A stretch of 64,000 bases of DNA from a virus. Under the pieces are notes generated by a model. It made no database searches, was not told where the DNA came from, and worked only from the letters and a program-made list of their open reading frames with translations. Location: IMG/VR virus record IMGVR_UViG_3300028025_003904, positions 32,001 to 96,000 of that record; one strand, 5' to 3'. Shown here piece by piece: positions 35,835 through 46,126 of this stretch; the first letter of the stretch is position 1; each line of letters begins with the position of its first letter. Position numbers and translations under genes: made by a program.

Positions 35835-38114
35835 TTATGCTCCAAACGTTGCACCAGTTGGTAAAATGTTGAAGTCAATTTGGATAAATTCAGCAGTTTT
35901 AGTAGGTTGTAAGAAAATTGCTCCTTGTAAGATGTTTCTATCAATCACATCTGGTGTGTTGTTTGAATCATCCATTACAACTCTAAATGCGTATAAACCT
36001 TGTCTTTGTTGGATACCCTCTAAATATGGATTTACAGTATTTAAGAATTTGTTTCTAGTTTCTGCCGTATTTTGTTCAAATACCAAATATCTCGAAGTAG
36101 ATGCGATATACTTTTTAACTGTAATCAACAATCTTCTTACGTTAATTCTATCTAATGCAGATGGTCTAGATTGTAAAGTCTTTTGTCCAAATGCTACGAT
36201 ACCTTGTCCTGGGAATTGTGCGATTGGATTGACTTTTCCTTCGTATAATGTATCTCTATCAGAGTGAGTTAAACGATTTACTACACCAATTGCTCCAGTA
36301 ATACCACCACGATTTAAACCTGCTGGTGCGAACCATTCAGCTGCCGTATTATCGTTTGCTGCAAATACCGCTGGCATCAATACCGATGGTGGAACTGCTA
36401 CCATTTTGTTAGTATTCAAATCAATTGTCTTAATCCAAGGGTAGTAAGTTGCTGCGTAGTTAGTATCTAAACCTTCTGCTACCTCAACTGCTCCATCAAT
36501 TGTACCATCTTGTGCTACTGAATCCATAATATAGAAACAATCAGTACGAGCTTCACACAAATCAATACCCGCTTGTGCTACTGATGGGTGTAATGTTTGA
36601 ATAACACCCGGCATAACTACCAAATTAATATCATATTCATCCTGATTAGAAATTGCATCCAATGCTTTTTGGTATGCTATCGAACCATTTTTTGCAGATG
36701 TTGATAAATCAAATCCTTGTGAGTTTACATTTGTAATAGAAGTTCCTTTAGCTATTGTTTTAGCCGGGCTCATACCATCAAAACCACCTTGTAATGCTAC
36801 TGCAAATGTTCTTTTAGATACATCACCCGCATTCGAACCAGTTAATGGTAGTCCAGCATCACCATCCAATGAGAATGTAAGTGTAGTTGTTGCGTTAGCA
36901 GGAATTGGTTTTAAGAATTGTGCATTATCTGTTGCAAATGTTCCTTCAAAATCAAATCCACTTACATAAGATGAAGTAGTTGCTGATTTTGTTTGGTATC
37001 CAACTTTTGGTAAGTAATTTAATACTGCACCAGTTGCGTATATTGGATATTGATAACCAGCATTACCATATGGTGCAGCGGTTACAGGAATTACATCTGG
37101 ATTTATTGGTGTAATGTAAATATAACGAGATTTGTTAGAATAATCACCATATTCAGTAATTTTTCCACTTGCATCTGTTTGTATATATCTATCACCAATT
37201 GCTCTTGCAATATAGTTAGGTGATGTTGGGTCTAAATTTAAATTAGAATAAGTTTCTAATACATTTTTTCTCTTATCGGTATCAGCGTATTTTCTAACTT
37301 GCAATGTAAATGTTGCGTAATCTGAACCAGCAACTGAACCAGCTGCCTTAACATCTGAAATTATAATTTTAAATCTTGTGTTTTCAGCATTACCATCGGA
37401 AATTGTATTTACTTTAAATAAATCATAACGGCTACCACCTATTAGTTGTGATTGAATATATGGAGTTGAAGCTCCAACTGCATCACTATTAAAATTTTGT
37501 AATGGTAAAACTACAAGTGATGCTGAATTAATAGCCGATGCACTAATAGCTGCTGCATCTGTAAATGATACATATGAGTAAGCGTTTTTGTTACCCATTG
37601 CATTTGTTCCAAATACTTTAGTTACTGCCAATGGGTCAGCTGGGTTTAATGATGCATAATATGTATCACCAATTTGACTACCAGATATTTCAATATTGTG
37701 TGAACCAATTGATTCATAATGAGTTCCAGCAAATGAAGCAGATGTATTAGATTGTTCTGTATTGTTTAATACATATAACAATGATGATGATACTGCTACT
37801 CCACCAGTAATACTACCAATTAATCCAATTGGTCCTAATTCTTTATATCCACCCAATCCAGCAACTCTTACGATTGTTGCTACACCAGTTTCTCTTAAAT
37901 AATTTTGTACTGCATTTTCAGTATAATAAGTGCTATCAACAACACCAAAAATATCTTCAAATTCAGATTGAGTATTTACAATTGTAGGTTTGAATGCTGG
38001 TCCCTGCTTTAAAGGTCCGATGAAAACTCCACCGATTGCACCAACACCCTGTGCTATAAAAGATAAATCATTCTCTCTAGTGAAAACACCAGGTGATACG
38101 ATTTTTTCAGCCAT
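35835..38114 (-). CDS. Tail sheath protein (gp18-like)
   Basis: SPGVFTRE, YYPW, WFAPAG.NRG, GQKTL, RINVRRL and FEQN motifs. Confidence 0.95.
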   Translation of the reverse strand: MAEKIVSPGVFTRENDLSFIAQGVGAIGGVFIGPLKQGPAFKPTIVNTQSEFEDIFGVVDSTYYTENAVQNYLRETGVATIVRVAGLGGYKELGPIGLIGSITGGVAVSSSLLYVLNNTEQSNTSASFAGTHYESIGSHNIEISGSQIGDTYYASLNPADPLAVTKVFGTNAMGNKNAYSYVSFTDAAAISASAINSASLVVLPLQNFNSDAVGASTPYIQSQLIGGSRYDLFKVNTISDGNAENTRFKIIISDVKAAGSVAGSDYATFTLQVRKYADTDKRKNVLETYSNLNLDPTSPNYIARAIGDRYIQTDASGKITEYGDYSNKSRYIYITPINPDVIPVTAAPYGNAGYQYPIYATGAVLNYLPKVGYQTKSATTSSYVSGFDFEGTFATDNAQFLKPIPANATTTLTFSLDGDAGLPLTGSNAGDVSKRTFAVALQGGFDGMSPAKTIAKGTSITNVNSQGFDLSTSAKNGSIAYQKALDAISNQDEYDINLVVMPGVIQTLHPSVAQAGIDLCEARTDCFYIMDSVAQDGTIDGAVEVAEGLDTNYAATYYPWIKTIDLNTNKMVAVPPSVLMPAVFAANDNTAAEWFAPAGLNRGGITGAIGVVNRLTHSDRDTLYEGKVNPIAQFPGQGIVAFGQKTLQSRPSALDRINVRRLLITVKKYIASTSRYLVFEQNTAETRNKFLNTVNPYLEGIQQRQGLYAFRVVMDDSNNTPDVIDRNILQGAIFLQPTKTAEFIQIDFNILPTGATFGA

Positions 38115-38190
38115 TTTTAATTTCTCCTTTTAATAATAATTTTTTATCTTAATATAAATATATAAGATTGTGATGAAAAGATATATTTGT

Positions 38191-38433
38191 TTATTGTTTT
38201 GGTGTAAATTCCCCAGTATCAATATCTAAATTTCCTTCACCATATTCGGTTTGGATTTTAGATAATAATTCTTTCTCTTCTAAACCAAATTGTTGATATT
38301 GTTCTTGTAAGAATTTTTCATCTCTTTCAATTGTAGCTTTTTGAATTGCCAATTGACCTAATGAAATAACAATATCATTAAAGCTATCACGTAATTCGAT
38401 AATTTTATTCTTGTATTCTTCTTTAATTTGCAT
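38191..38433 (-). CDS. Small coiled-coil protein (start likely 38433)
   Basis: Ends YGEGNLDIDTGEF; late-type motif at 38457-38465. Confidence 0.7.
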   Translation of the reverse strand: MQIKEEYKNKIIELRDSFNDIVISLGQLAIQKATIERDEKFLQEQYQQFGLEEKELLSKIQTEYGEGNLDIDTGEFTPKQ

Positions 38434-38491
38434 AACTTTGTTGTTTATTTTATATATATAAATATATAGTTTTGTACCCAAACATCAAAAT

Positions 38492-39442
38492 TTAACCGAT
38501 TTTTTCTTTAATTTCTTCTATTTGCTTTTGTTGTTCTTTAATTGCTTCAATTAATAATGCTACAATTTTTTCGTATTGAACTGCAAGGTATCCTGAATTT
38601 CTTTCTACTACAATTTCAGGTAAGATTTCTTGTATTTCTTGTGCTATTATACCAACATCTTTACCTTTTTGGTTATGTATTTCACCAAATCCTTCTTTCC
38701 AATCAAATGTATTACCACTAATTTTGTTTATTTTAGATAATGCATCTACGATTGGTTCAATTTTTTCTTTTAATCTCCTATCGGATGAAAAATATGCAGT
38801 AATATCACCAGTTGCAGTTATTGCTCCTTGTACTGCTATACCACCAGTAAACGTTCCTCCACCAAATGGATTACCCGTAGGTCCCGTAGGACCGGTTGGA
38901 CCAGTTGGTCCAGTTGCACCTGCTGCTCCTTGTGGACCGGTTGGTCCAGTTGCACCTGCTGCTCCTTGTGGACCAGTTGGACCCGTAGGTCCTTGATTAC
39001 CTTGAGTTCCGTTTGAACCGCTTGGTCCTTGATTACCTTGTGGACCAGTTGGGCCAGTAGGTCCTTGATTACCTTGCGTACCATTTGAACCATTTGGTCC
39101 TTGATTACCTTGCGGACCGGTTGAACCATTATTTCCGTTTGGTCCTTGATTTCCCTGTGGTCCTTGTACTCCAGATGTACCAGAAGTAGCCGCAGTATAT
39201 GATGTTCCATTTATACTTAATGGTCCTAATAATGATAATGAACCAGTCAATCCCAACGAACCGGTCATAGTATGTGTATCATCTAACGAATTACCAAAGT
39301 TAAATGAACCTGATACGGATGATTGTGTAACATAATATACAGATGTTGATATGATATATTGTTCGGCAGTAATATTTCCTTTTACAGATAAACTACCCGT
39401 TACATTTAATGAGCCAGTAATCGAACTACTATGTATTTGCAT
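38492..39442 (-). CDS. Collagen-repeat tail fibre with C-terminal S74 intramolecular chaperone
   Basis: G-X-Y repeats (GPQGNQ, GPT); SDRRLK...GIIAQEI...[15 protein letters not shown]. Confidence 0.9.
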   Translation of the reverse strand: MQIHSSSITGSLNVTGSLSVKGNITAEQYIISTSVYYVTQSSVSGSFNFGNSLDDTHTMTGSLGLTGSLSLLGPLSINGTSYTAATSGTSGVQGPQGNQGPNGNNGSTGPQGNQGPNGSNGTQGNQGPTGPTGPQGNQGPSGSNGTQGNQGPTGPTGPQGAAGATGPTGPQGAAGATGPTGPTGPTGPTGNPFGGGTFTGGIAVQGAITATGDITAYFSSDRRLKEKIEPIVDALSKINKISGNTFDWKEGFGEIHNQKGKDVGIIAQEIQEILPEIVVERNSGYLAVQYEKIVALLIEAIKEQQKQIEEIKEKIG

Positions 39443-39444
39443 TA

Positions 39445-42400
39445 TTAACTATTTTTTAATTTTTCTATTTCGTTTCTTAACTCTACAATTTGAGATTGTT
39501 GTTCTTTTATTGCTTCTATAAGCACCGCAGTTAAACCTCTTTCTCTTACCGTTAAATATCCATTATCACCCATTCTTACTAATTGCGGGAATACCTTTTC
39601 TACTTCTTGTGCTATAACCCCTATATCTTTTGTAACACCCATAAAGGTTGCGTGGATTGCTTTACCATTCCATTCGTATTCGTATCCATTTAATCCCATT
39701 ACCTTATCCAATGCTCCAGCGATTGGAGTTAGATTATCTTTTAATTGAATATCAGATGGAGTACCAAACGATGCAACATCACCACTTGCTACAATTGAGC
39801 CTGAAACTTGTAATCTATCAGTTGTATTATCAGATGCAACAGGTCCAATTAAAACATTAGTACCATTATCAGTAATTTGAGTTGCAGTTCCTAATGTAGA
39901 TGAGGTTGCAAATTTAACTACTTTATTTGTAGTTCCACTTACAGTTACCGTACCACCAGTTGCCGATGTACCCGATGTTCCACTTGCTCCAGTTGCTCCT
40001 TGATTTCCTTGTGGACCGGTTGGTCCAGTTGAGCCAGCTGCTCCTTGTGGTCCAGTTGCTCCTTGTGCTCCACTTACACCCGATGTACCAGTTGCTCCTT
40101 GATTTCCTTGTGCTCCGTTTATTCCACTTGTACCATCAATTCCACTTGTACCATTTAATCCACTTGTACCACTAACACCTGATGTACCAGATGTTCCGTT
40201 TGCTCCCGATGTTCCATTTTCTCCATTTGAGCCAGTATTACCTTGAGGTCCTTCTGCACCTTGAGGTCCTATTAGACCAGTTGCACCTTGATTGCCTTGC
40301 GGACCAGTTGGTCCTTGATTACCCTGTGCTCCACTTGTACCATTCGTTCCAAAGAAAGTACCATTTACACCCGATGAACCAGATGAACCAGATACCCCCG
40401 TTCCTACACCAAATGTAAACATAGCATAACCAGCGAATGGAACACTAAATGTTATTGTTGTTTGGTTTATAGAATCGGATTTAATTGATTGTGGTATCAT
40501 TACATACCCATTAACATCATATATGGTTACTGATGGGTATTCGTTTCCTAACGCATGGGTTATTACCCAAGTTGTATCTTCTACTAATTGTGTATGTGTG
40601 TATGCCGAACCATTTGTTGTTCCCGATGTACCAGTTGTACCGGATGTTCCACTTGCTCCTTGATTTCCTTGTGGTCCAATTGGTCCTAAATCGGAAATGT
40701 TAATCGTTCCTTGCATTGAAGAATGAAACTGACAAACATAGTATAGTGTACTAGGAGCATTGTATGGTATTGCAAATGTAATCGTACCACTTTGAGTTCC
40801 GTTATTTGTTACACCACTATTATATACATTACCAGAACTATATGCTCCAGCAGTAGTTTGTATCCAAAACGGATGACCTGTTGCACTTACTGTAAATGTA
40901 TATGTAAATCCACGTATTAAATTTAAAGTTGGATTAGATGCACCATCTATTGTATATGCAGATGCTCCACTATTAACAACGCTAAAGTTTCTTGCTCCAC
41001 TTATTCCAGATGTACCAATTGTACCTTGCGGTCCTTGTGCCCCATCTACCCCACTTGTTCCATTTGCTCCGTTTACACCAGATGTACCATTTGTACCATT
41101 TGCTCCAGATGTTCCACTTACACCCGATGTTCCGTTTGTACCATCTAAACCAGAAGAACCCGATGTTCCGTTATTTCCACTACTTCCCGATGAGCCACTT
41201 AATCCACTAGTACCATTTTCTCCGGATGTTCCAGATGAACCACTCAATCCATGTGTACCACTTGAACCACTAGTACCGTTTACACCACTTGTACCATTTG
41301 CACCAGTTTCTCCTTGAACTCCTTGAGGTCCAGTTTCACCCTGATTTCCTTGTGGGCCGATTGGTCCTTGTCTACCTTGTGAACCATCATCACCTTGCGG
41401 ACCAGTTGGTCCTTGATTTCCTTGCTGTCCATTTGGTCCTTGATTACCTTGTGGTCCGATATTTCCTTGTACTCCGGTTTCTCCTTGTGTTCCTTGTGGT
41501 CCTTCAATTCCTTGATTACCCTGCGGTCCAGTATTTCCTTGATTACCTTGATTACCTTGCGTTCCTTGTGGACCTGTGTTACCAGTTGGACCTTGCAAAC
41601 CAGTTATTCCTTGCGGACCACTATCTCCTTGTCTTCCTTGCGGACCAGTATTACCCAATGCACCTTGTGCACCAATATCTCCTTGAACTCCTTGCGGTCC
41701 AGTTGGTCCTTGATTACCCTGCGTTCCATCGATTCCTTGATTACCTTGTGAACCAGTTGCTCCTTGATTACCTTGTGGACCAGTTTCTCCTTGATTTCCC
41801 TGTGCTCCAGTTGGTCCTTGATTACCCTGTGTTCCATCAATACCTTGATTTCCTTGTGGACCAGTTGGGCCCTGATTTCCTTGTGTACCATTGATACCTG
41901 ATGTTCCATCTACACCAGTTGTTCCCGATGTACCAGCACTACCAGCCGTACCTGATGTAGACCCAAAGTAAGAGTCTATTTGTTTAGCAGTTACAATTAC
42001 TGATGGTGTATCAGGACGAGTTGGATTGGTTAAACCACTTTGTGCAGCTAATCTCGCAGTACTATCCGGAGATGTAAAGGCAAATTGTACATAATCGTTT
42101 GCATTTAAATCAAAAAAGAATGAAACAAATGGTATCATCTCTGCATCTGGTGCAGTAAGTTGTACTATACTTGTACTACCACTAACTGCTTGTCCATTTA
42201 CCAATGCCCAAAAAGAAAACTCATCTGTATTTGAACTTGTCTTTGTTATTTGTGGTGATATACCAAATTCATATGTTGCACTTGTAGATACTTTTAAATG
42301 AGAACCACTCTCTATAACGATACCATTGGATTGTCCAGTAGTATTAAACGTCATAATTGTTGCTATGTTTGAACCAGAAACAATTTGAGTTTGTGTTGAA

Positions 42401-43764
42401 CTGAACTCACCAAATAAGTTAGTTAATACAGGTGCGTTTGTACCAGATGTACCAGCCGTACCCGAAGAACCATTTGCTCCTTGATTACCTTGTGGTCCTT
42501 GATTACCCTGTGCTCCCGATGTACCATTTGTACCATTTGTACCACTCGTTCCACTTGTACCAGTAGTTCCCGATGTACCATCGTTTCCACTTGTACCACT
42601 TGCTCCTTGATTCCCTTGCGGTCCTTCAATTCCCTGCGTTCCTTGATTTCCTTGTGCTCCAGTTATACCTTGTACACCTTGATTTCCTTGCGTTCCTTCA
42701 ATTCCCTGCGTTCCTTGTGTTCCTTGTGTACCTTGTGTTCCTTGTGGGCCAGTTTCACCTTGATTACCTTGCGGACCAGTTGTTCCCTGATTTCCTTGTG
42801 GTCCTTCAATTCCTTGATTTCCTTGTGGACCAGTTTCTCCTTGATTTCCTTGTGTTCCTTGCTGACCCGTTTCTCCTTGATTACCTTGTGTACCTTGAGT
42901 TCCTTGTGGTCCTACATTTCCTTGATTTCCTTGCGGTCCTACATTTCCTTGATTACCTTGATTGCCTTGATTTCCTTGTGGTCCTTCAATTCCTTGTACA
43001 CCCTGTGCTCCGATTTCTCCCTGATTTCCTTGTGGACCTGTTGCTCCTTGATTTCCTTGTGCTCCTTGAACACCAGTTGGTCCTTGTCTACCTTGTGCTC
43101 CATCCGTACCAGATGTACCATCTAACCCACTTGTACCATCATCCCCACTTGTACCACTTAAACCGCTTGTTCCACTTAAACCCGATGTACCATTTGCTCC
43201 CGATGTTCCTGATGTTCCAACAGTTCCCGATGTACCAGATGAACCAGCATTACCAACTGCTCCTTGAGCACCTTGTGGACCAGTTGCGCCCATTGTAACC
43301 GTCTTATATCCAACACGATTTTCCGATGATGCATCTATAACTAAAAAAGTATCAGATGTTACTGCTGCTAAATCTTCTAAATACAAATAGTTGTTTAACC
43401 AAACAGAACCAGTAAATTCATGCTTATCATCCGATGTATTACCAAATCTAGTTGAACCTGATGTTTGCAAAACCGATGATGAAACAAGTGTTACATAATA
43501 TTCATTTGCAGTTAATCTACCACCAATAGTAACATTGTTTGAAAATGATGCATTTGATGCCGTTACGTTTCCAGTAAGAGTTAAAGAACCTGTGTTAGTA
43601 CCTAATACAACAAATACCGCTTCACCACCGGCACCATCTGTACCGATTTCTAATGTATTTTTTGTAGTATTTAAGTAGGGTTCGCCTTGTGCTAAATAGC
43701 CAGGTGATGTGTTTGTTTTATCACTTTGACTACCGCGTCTTATCTGAAAAGTTGTAATTGCCAT
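39445..43764 (-). CDS. Long collagen-like tail fibre (1439 aa) with globular inserts and S74 chaperone
   Basis: QIRRG N-terminus; several collagen blocks and GTS repeats; SDIQLK...GVIAQEV...LIEAIKEQ. Confidence 0.9.
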   Translation of the reverse strand: MAITTFQIRRGSQSDKTNTSPGYLAQGEPYLNTTKNTLEIGTDGAGGEAVFVVLGTNTGSLTLTGNVTASNASFSNNVTIGGRLTANEYYVTLVSSSVLQTSGSTRFGNTSDDKHEFTGSVWLNNYLYLEDLAAVTSDTFLVIDASSENRVGYKTVTMGATGPQGAQGAVGNAGSSGTSGTVGTSGTSGANGTSGLSGTSGLSGTSGDDGTSGLDGTSGTDGAQGRQGPTGVQGAQGNQGATGPQGNQGEIGAQGVQGIEGPQGNQGNQGNQGNVGPQGNQGNVGPQGTQGTQGNQGETGQQGTQGNQGETGPQGNQGIEGPQGNQGTTGPQGNQGETGPQGTQGTQGTQGTQGIEGTQGNQGVQGITGAQGNQGTQGIEGPQGNQGASGTSGNDGTSGTTGTSGTSGTNGTNGTSGAQGNQGPQGNQGANGSSGTAGTSGTNAPVLTNLFGEFSSTQTQIVSGSNIATIMTFNTTGQSNGIVIESGSHLKVSTSATYEFGISPQITKTSSNTDEFSFWALVNGQAVSGSTSIVQLTAPDAEMIPFVSFFFDLNANDYVQFAFTSPDSTARLAAQSGLTNPTRPDTPSVIVTAKQIDSYFGSTSGTAGSAGTSGTTGVDGTSGINGTQGNQGPTGPQGNQGIDGTQGNQGPTGAQGNQGETGPQGNQGATGSQGNQGIDGTQGNQGPTGPQGVQGDIGAQGALGNTGPQGRQGDSGPQGITGLQGPTGNTGPQGTQGNQGNQGNTGPQGNQGIEGPQGTQGETGVQGNIGPQGNQGPNGQQGNQGPTGPQGDDGSQGRQGPIGPQGNQGETGPQGVQGETGANGTSGVNGTSGSSGTHGLSGSSGTSGENGTSGLSGSSGSSGNNGTSGSSGLDGTNGTSGVSGTSGANGTNGTSGVNGANGTSGVDGAQGPQGTIGTSGISGARNFSVVNSGASAYTIDGASNPTLNLIRGFTYTFTVSATGHPFWIQTTAGAYSSGNVYNSGVTNNGTQSGTITFAIPYNAPSTLYYVCQFHSSMQGTINISDLGPIGPQGNQGASGTSGTTGTSGTTNGSAYTHTQLVEDTTWVITHALGNEYPSVTIYDVNGYVMIPQSIKSDSINQTTITFSVPFAGYAMFTFGVGTGVSGSSGSSGVNGTFFGTNGTSGAQGNQGPTGPQGNQGATGLIGPQGAEGPQGNTGSNGENGTSGANGTSGTSGVSGTSGLNGTSGIDGTSGINGAQGNQGATGTSGVSGAQGATGPQGAAGSTGPTGPQGNQGATGASGTSGTSATGGTVTVSGTTNKVVKFATSSTLGTATQITDNGTNVLIGPVASDNTTDRLQVSGSIVASGDVASFGTPSDIQLKDNLTPIAGALDKVMGLNGYEYEWNGKAIHATFMGVTKDIGVIAQEVEKVFPQLVRMGDNGYLTVRERGLTAVLIEAIKEQQSQIVELRNEIEKLKNS

Positions 43765-43818
43765 TATATCTGTATTTCTTTCTTATATAAATATCTATAC
43801 ATCCTATAAATATATCAT

Positions 43819-46110
43819 TTATAGATTTTTAATTCTTATCACCGATGTATAATTACCCCAAACATCTGCTGTAAATTGGTAATTAGATTTAGCTGGTAAG
43901 CGGAATGTGAATGTATCTTTTGTATATCCATTGTTAAATCCATTATATATCAGTACTAATGCTTCCGTACCATCTGCTGATAATTTATATCTTGCAATTG
44001 GTCTAGAACTATTGTAAAGTGATATTGGGTAATTAGCGGTTCCAGTTGTCCAAGAACTACCACCTAATGATAAATCTGGAACTAACCACTCTGTTGCCGC
44101 AGATATTATATCTTCGTTTTGTTTAGCGTGTAAGTACCCAATGTATGCCCAATCCAATGAACTCTTACCTAACCACGTTGTATCACCCCATTTTGCATCA
44201 AATGCATCATCACCTAATGAATTATTTTCTCTATCTAAACGAGCAGTTCCAATTTCTTCTCCAACAACCGATTGATACCACATAAACAAACCATCTGCAT
44301 AACACATACACCATACTGCCATAGCATACATTAATGATGGACAAACCTCAAGTCTGTTACGGTCTGTGAATCGTAGTGATTTATTTATATTTACTTCTTT
44401 TCTTGCCATTCCAAAATCAGAACCTTCTATTGGTTCTTGTTTATACCAAAAATAACCACAAGCCAATCTATCGTGACTAGGTCCCAATAATTCTTCTAAT
44501 ATTTTTTTGGTAATATCGGTATTATGTACAATTGAATAAACCTGAAATTCTTGTTTCATTCTCAATTGGTAATTTGTCACATAGTGATATTTGTAATTTT
44601 CAATTGCACCTTTATACCAAGCATAATATGGGCCCGTTTGAGAATATGGAATTGTCCCATTTATATAATAATCGTGATAATCGGAATACAATTTAGTAGA
44701 TGTAATTGAATTACCAGGTTCCATTGATTCCCAACCATACCCCGCCGAAGCTATATATCTTGATTGGTAAATTCCATTTCCATAATTTGAAAATTGAGGG
44801 GTTACCCAATCAATATATAAAGGTGTATTATCATTTTTTAAACTTTGTACCTTTGCTAACGCATTATTAAAACATTTATTCCAAGCTACTCCCGCTGCTT
44901 CAATAAACAGTGCAGGTGATAGGTGTTCAAAATCGTACTCAAAATGTATGCAGTTAAAAGGTACACTTTCCACAAAATATCCTAGCATTCTACCAGTTAA
45001 GTTTTCACCTCCAGTTCCACTACCCCATTCAGTTGTCCATTGATATGGATTGGCTTGTGCATATGTATATGTGTATCCTCCACCATTATATGTCCATGTA
45101 GACCTTTGATTTTCAGGAACATCATGTGCCATTAACAATGCAGTTGTTCTATGTTGCCACATTTCACTTAAATCTACATCAACGAAATTAACACCCCAAG
45201 CATATGCTACTGCACCTCTAAAGATTAAATCACCATCAAAATGTAATTTTTTATTTTTGGGAATTTGTTGATTATATCCCCATTGTGTATTTATATCCGT
45301 TGATTCGGATATACCTTTATTTAATCGTGTAGATGTTCTTACCGCATGAGAACCCGTATATAGTATATCCATTAAAGGTACAGCCATATCTACCCATTTT
45401 TTATCTGCTCCCTTTTCATTTTGTATAGGAGTAATATCCGGCATTCTTCTAAAATAAGATGGTCCATTATGAGTTACATCTGGTATCCAATAATCGGGTC
45501 TAAAAAAATAAGTTTTATTTCCAACTATGTGTTGTCTATTTGCATCTGGCGCTAAATGGATAATAGCAGTTGTAGTATTAATACCATTACCATCCCCAAC
45601 AAATGCATTATTATTGTACTGACCAGTAACTAATCGTAAATCATAACCCTCCATTGCCGATAAATCAATGTTTGTAATGGATGATGAATTTAATGTTCCA
45701 ACATCTATAATCCATTTTTTAGAAGTATTATATGGTCTCGAATCCCAAACTGCATCTGTTAGTAATGAGCCACTCAAAGATAAAGATGTTCCACCTACAC
45801 TTGAAGTATTTGCTATTAAATTATCACCATCTTTTAATCTGTCCTCTACCCAACTTGTATCCGTACCTTGCATTAACTCCTGCGGTTCACCCGTCATTTT
45901 ACCATCGTTTCCTAACGTAATATAATAAGTTAGATAGTTAGTAGGTATTACATAGTTACCGGCGGGAGCTAGTGTAGTTTTTGCTTCGTTTGTATAGAAT
46001 ATTGTATTTAAATCCAAAGATGTATTACTTGCATATAATTTAATAGATGCGTTTTCTTCTCTTGGATTTATTAGTTTTGCTCTTGCGTCACTTAATGATG
46101 AGTATGCCAT
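43819..46110 (-). CDS. Large virion-associated protein, paralog 1 (possible glycoside hydrolase-like barrel)
   Basis: Shares LAPAGNYVIPTN N-domain, DFE motif, YADG and WGNYTSVIRI with the next two ORFs. Confidence 0.7.
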   Translation of the reverse strand: MAYSSLSDARAKLINPREENASIKLYASNTSLDLNTIFYTNEAKTTLAPAGNYVIPTNYLTYYITLGNDGKMTGEPQELMQGTDTSWVEDRLKDGDNLIANTSSVGGTSLSLSGSLLTDAVWDSRPYNTSKKWIIDVGTLNSSSITNIDLSAMEGYDLRLVTGQYNNNAFVGDGNGINTTTAIIHLAPDANRQHIVGNKTYFFRPDYWIPDVTHNGPSYFRRMPDITPIQNEKGADKKWVDMAVPLMDILYTGSHAVRTSTRLNKGISESTDINTQWGYNQQIPKNKKLHFDGDLIFRGAVAYAWGVNFVDVDLSEMWQHRTTALLMAHDVPENQRSTWTYNGGGYTYTYAQANPYQWTTEWGSGTGGENLTGRMLGYFVESVPFNCIHFEYDFEHLSPALFIEAAGVAWNKCFNNALAKVQSLKNDNTPLYIDWVTPQFSNYGNGIYQSRYIASAGYGWESMEPGNSITSTKLYSDYHDYYINGTIPYSQTGPYYAWYKGAIENYKYHYVTNYQLRMKQEFQVYSIVHNTDITKKILEELLGPSHDRLACGYFWYKQEPIEGSDFGMARKEVNINKSLRFTDRNRLEVCPSLMYAMAVWCMCYADGLFMWYQSVVGEEIGTARLDRENNSLGDDAFDAKWGDTTWLGKSSLDWAYIGYLHAKQNEDIISAATEWLVPDLSLGGSSWTTGTANYPISLYNSSRPIARYKLSADGTEALVLIYNGFNNGYTKDTFTFRLPAKSNYQFTADVWGNYTSVIRIKNL

Positions 46111-46126
46111 AATTTTATTTTAATTA

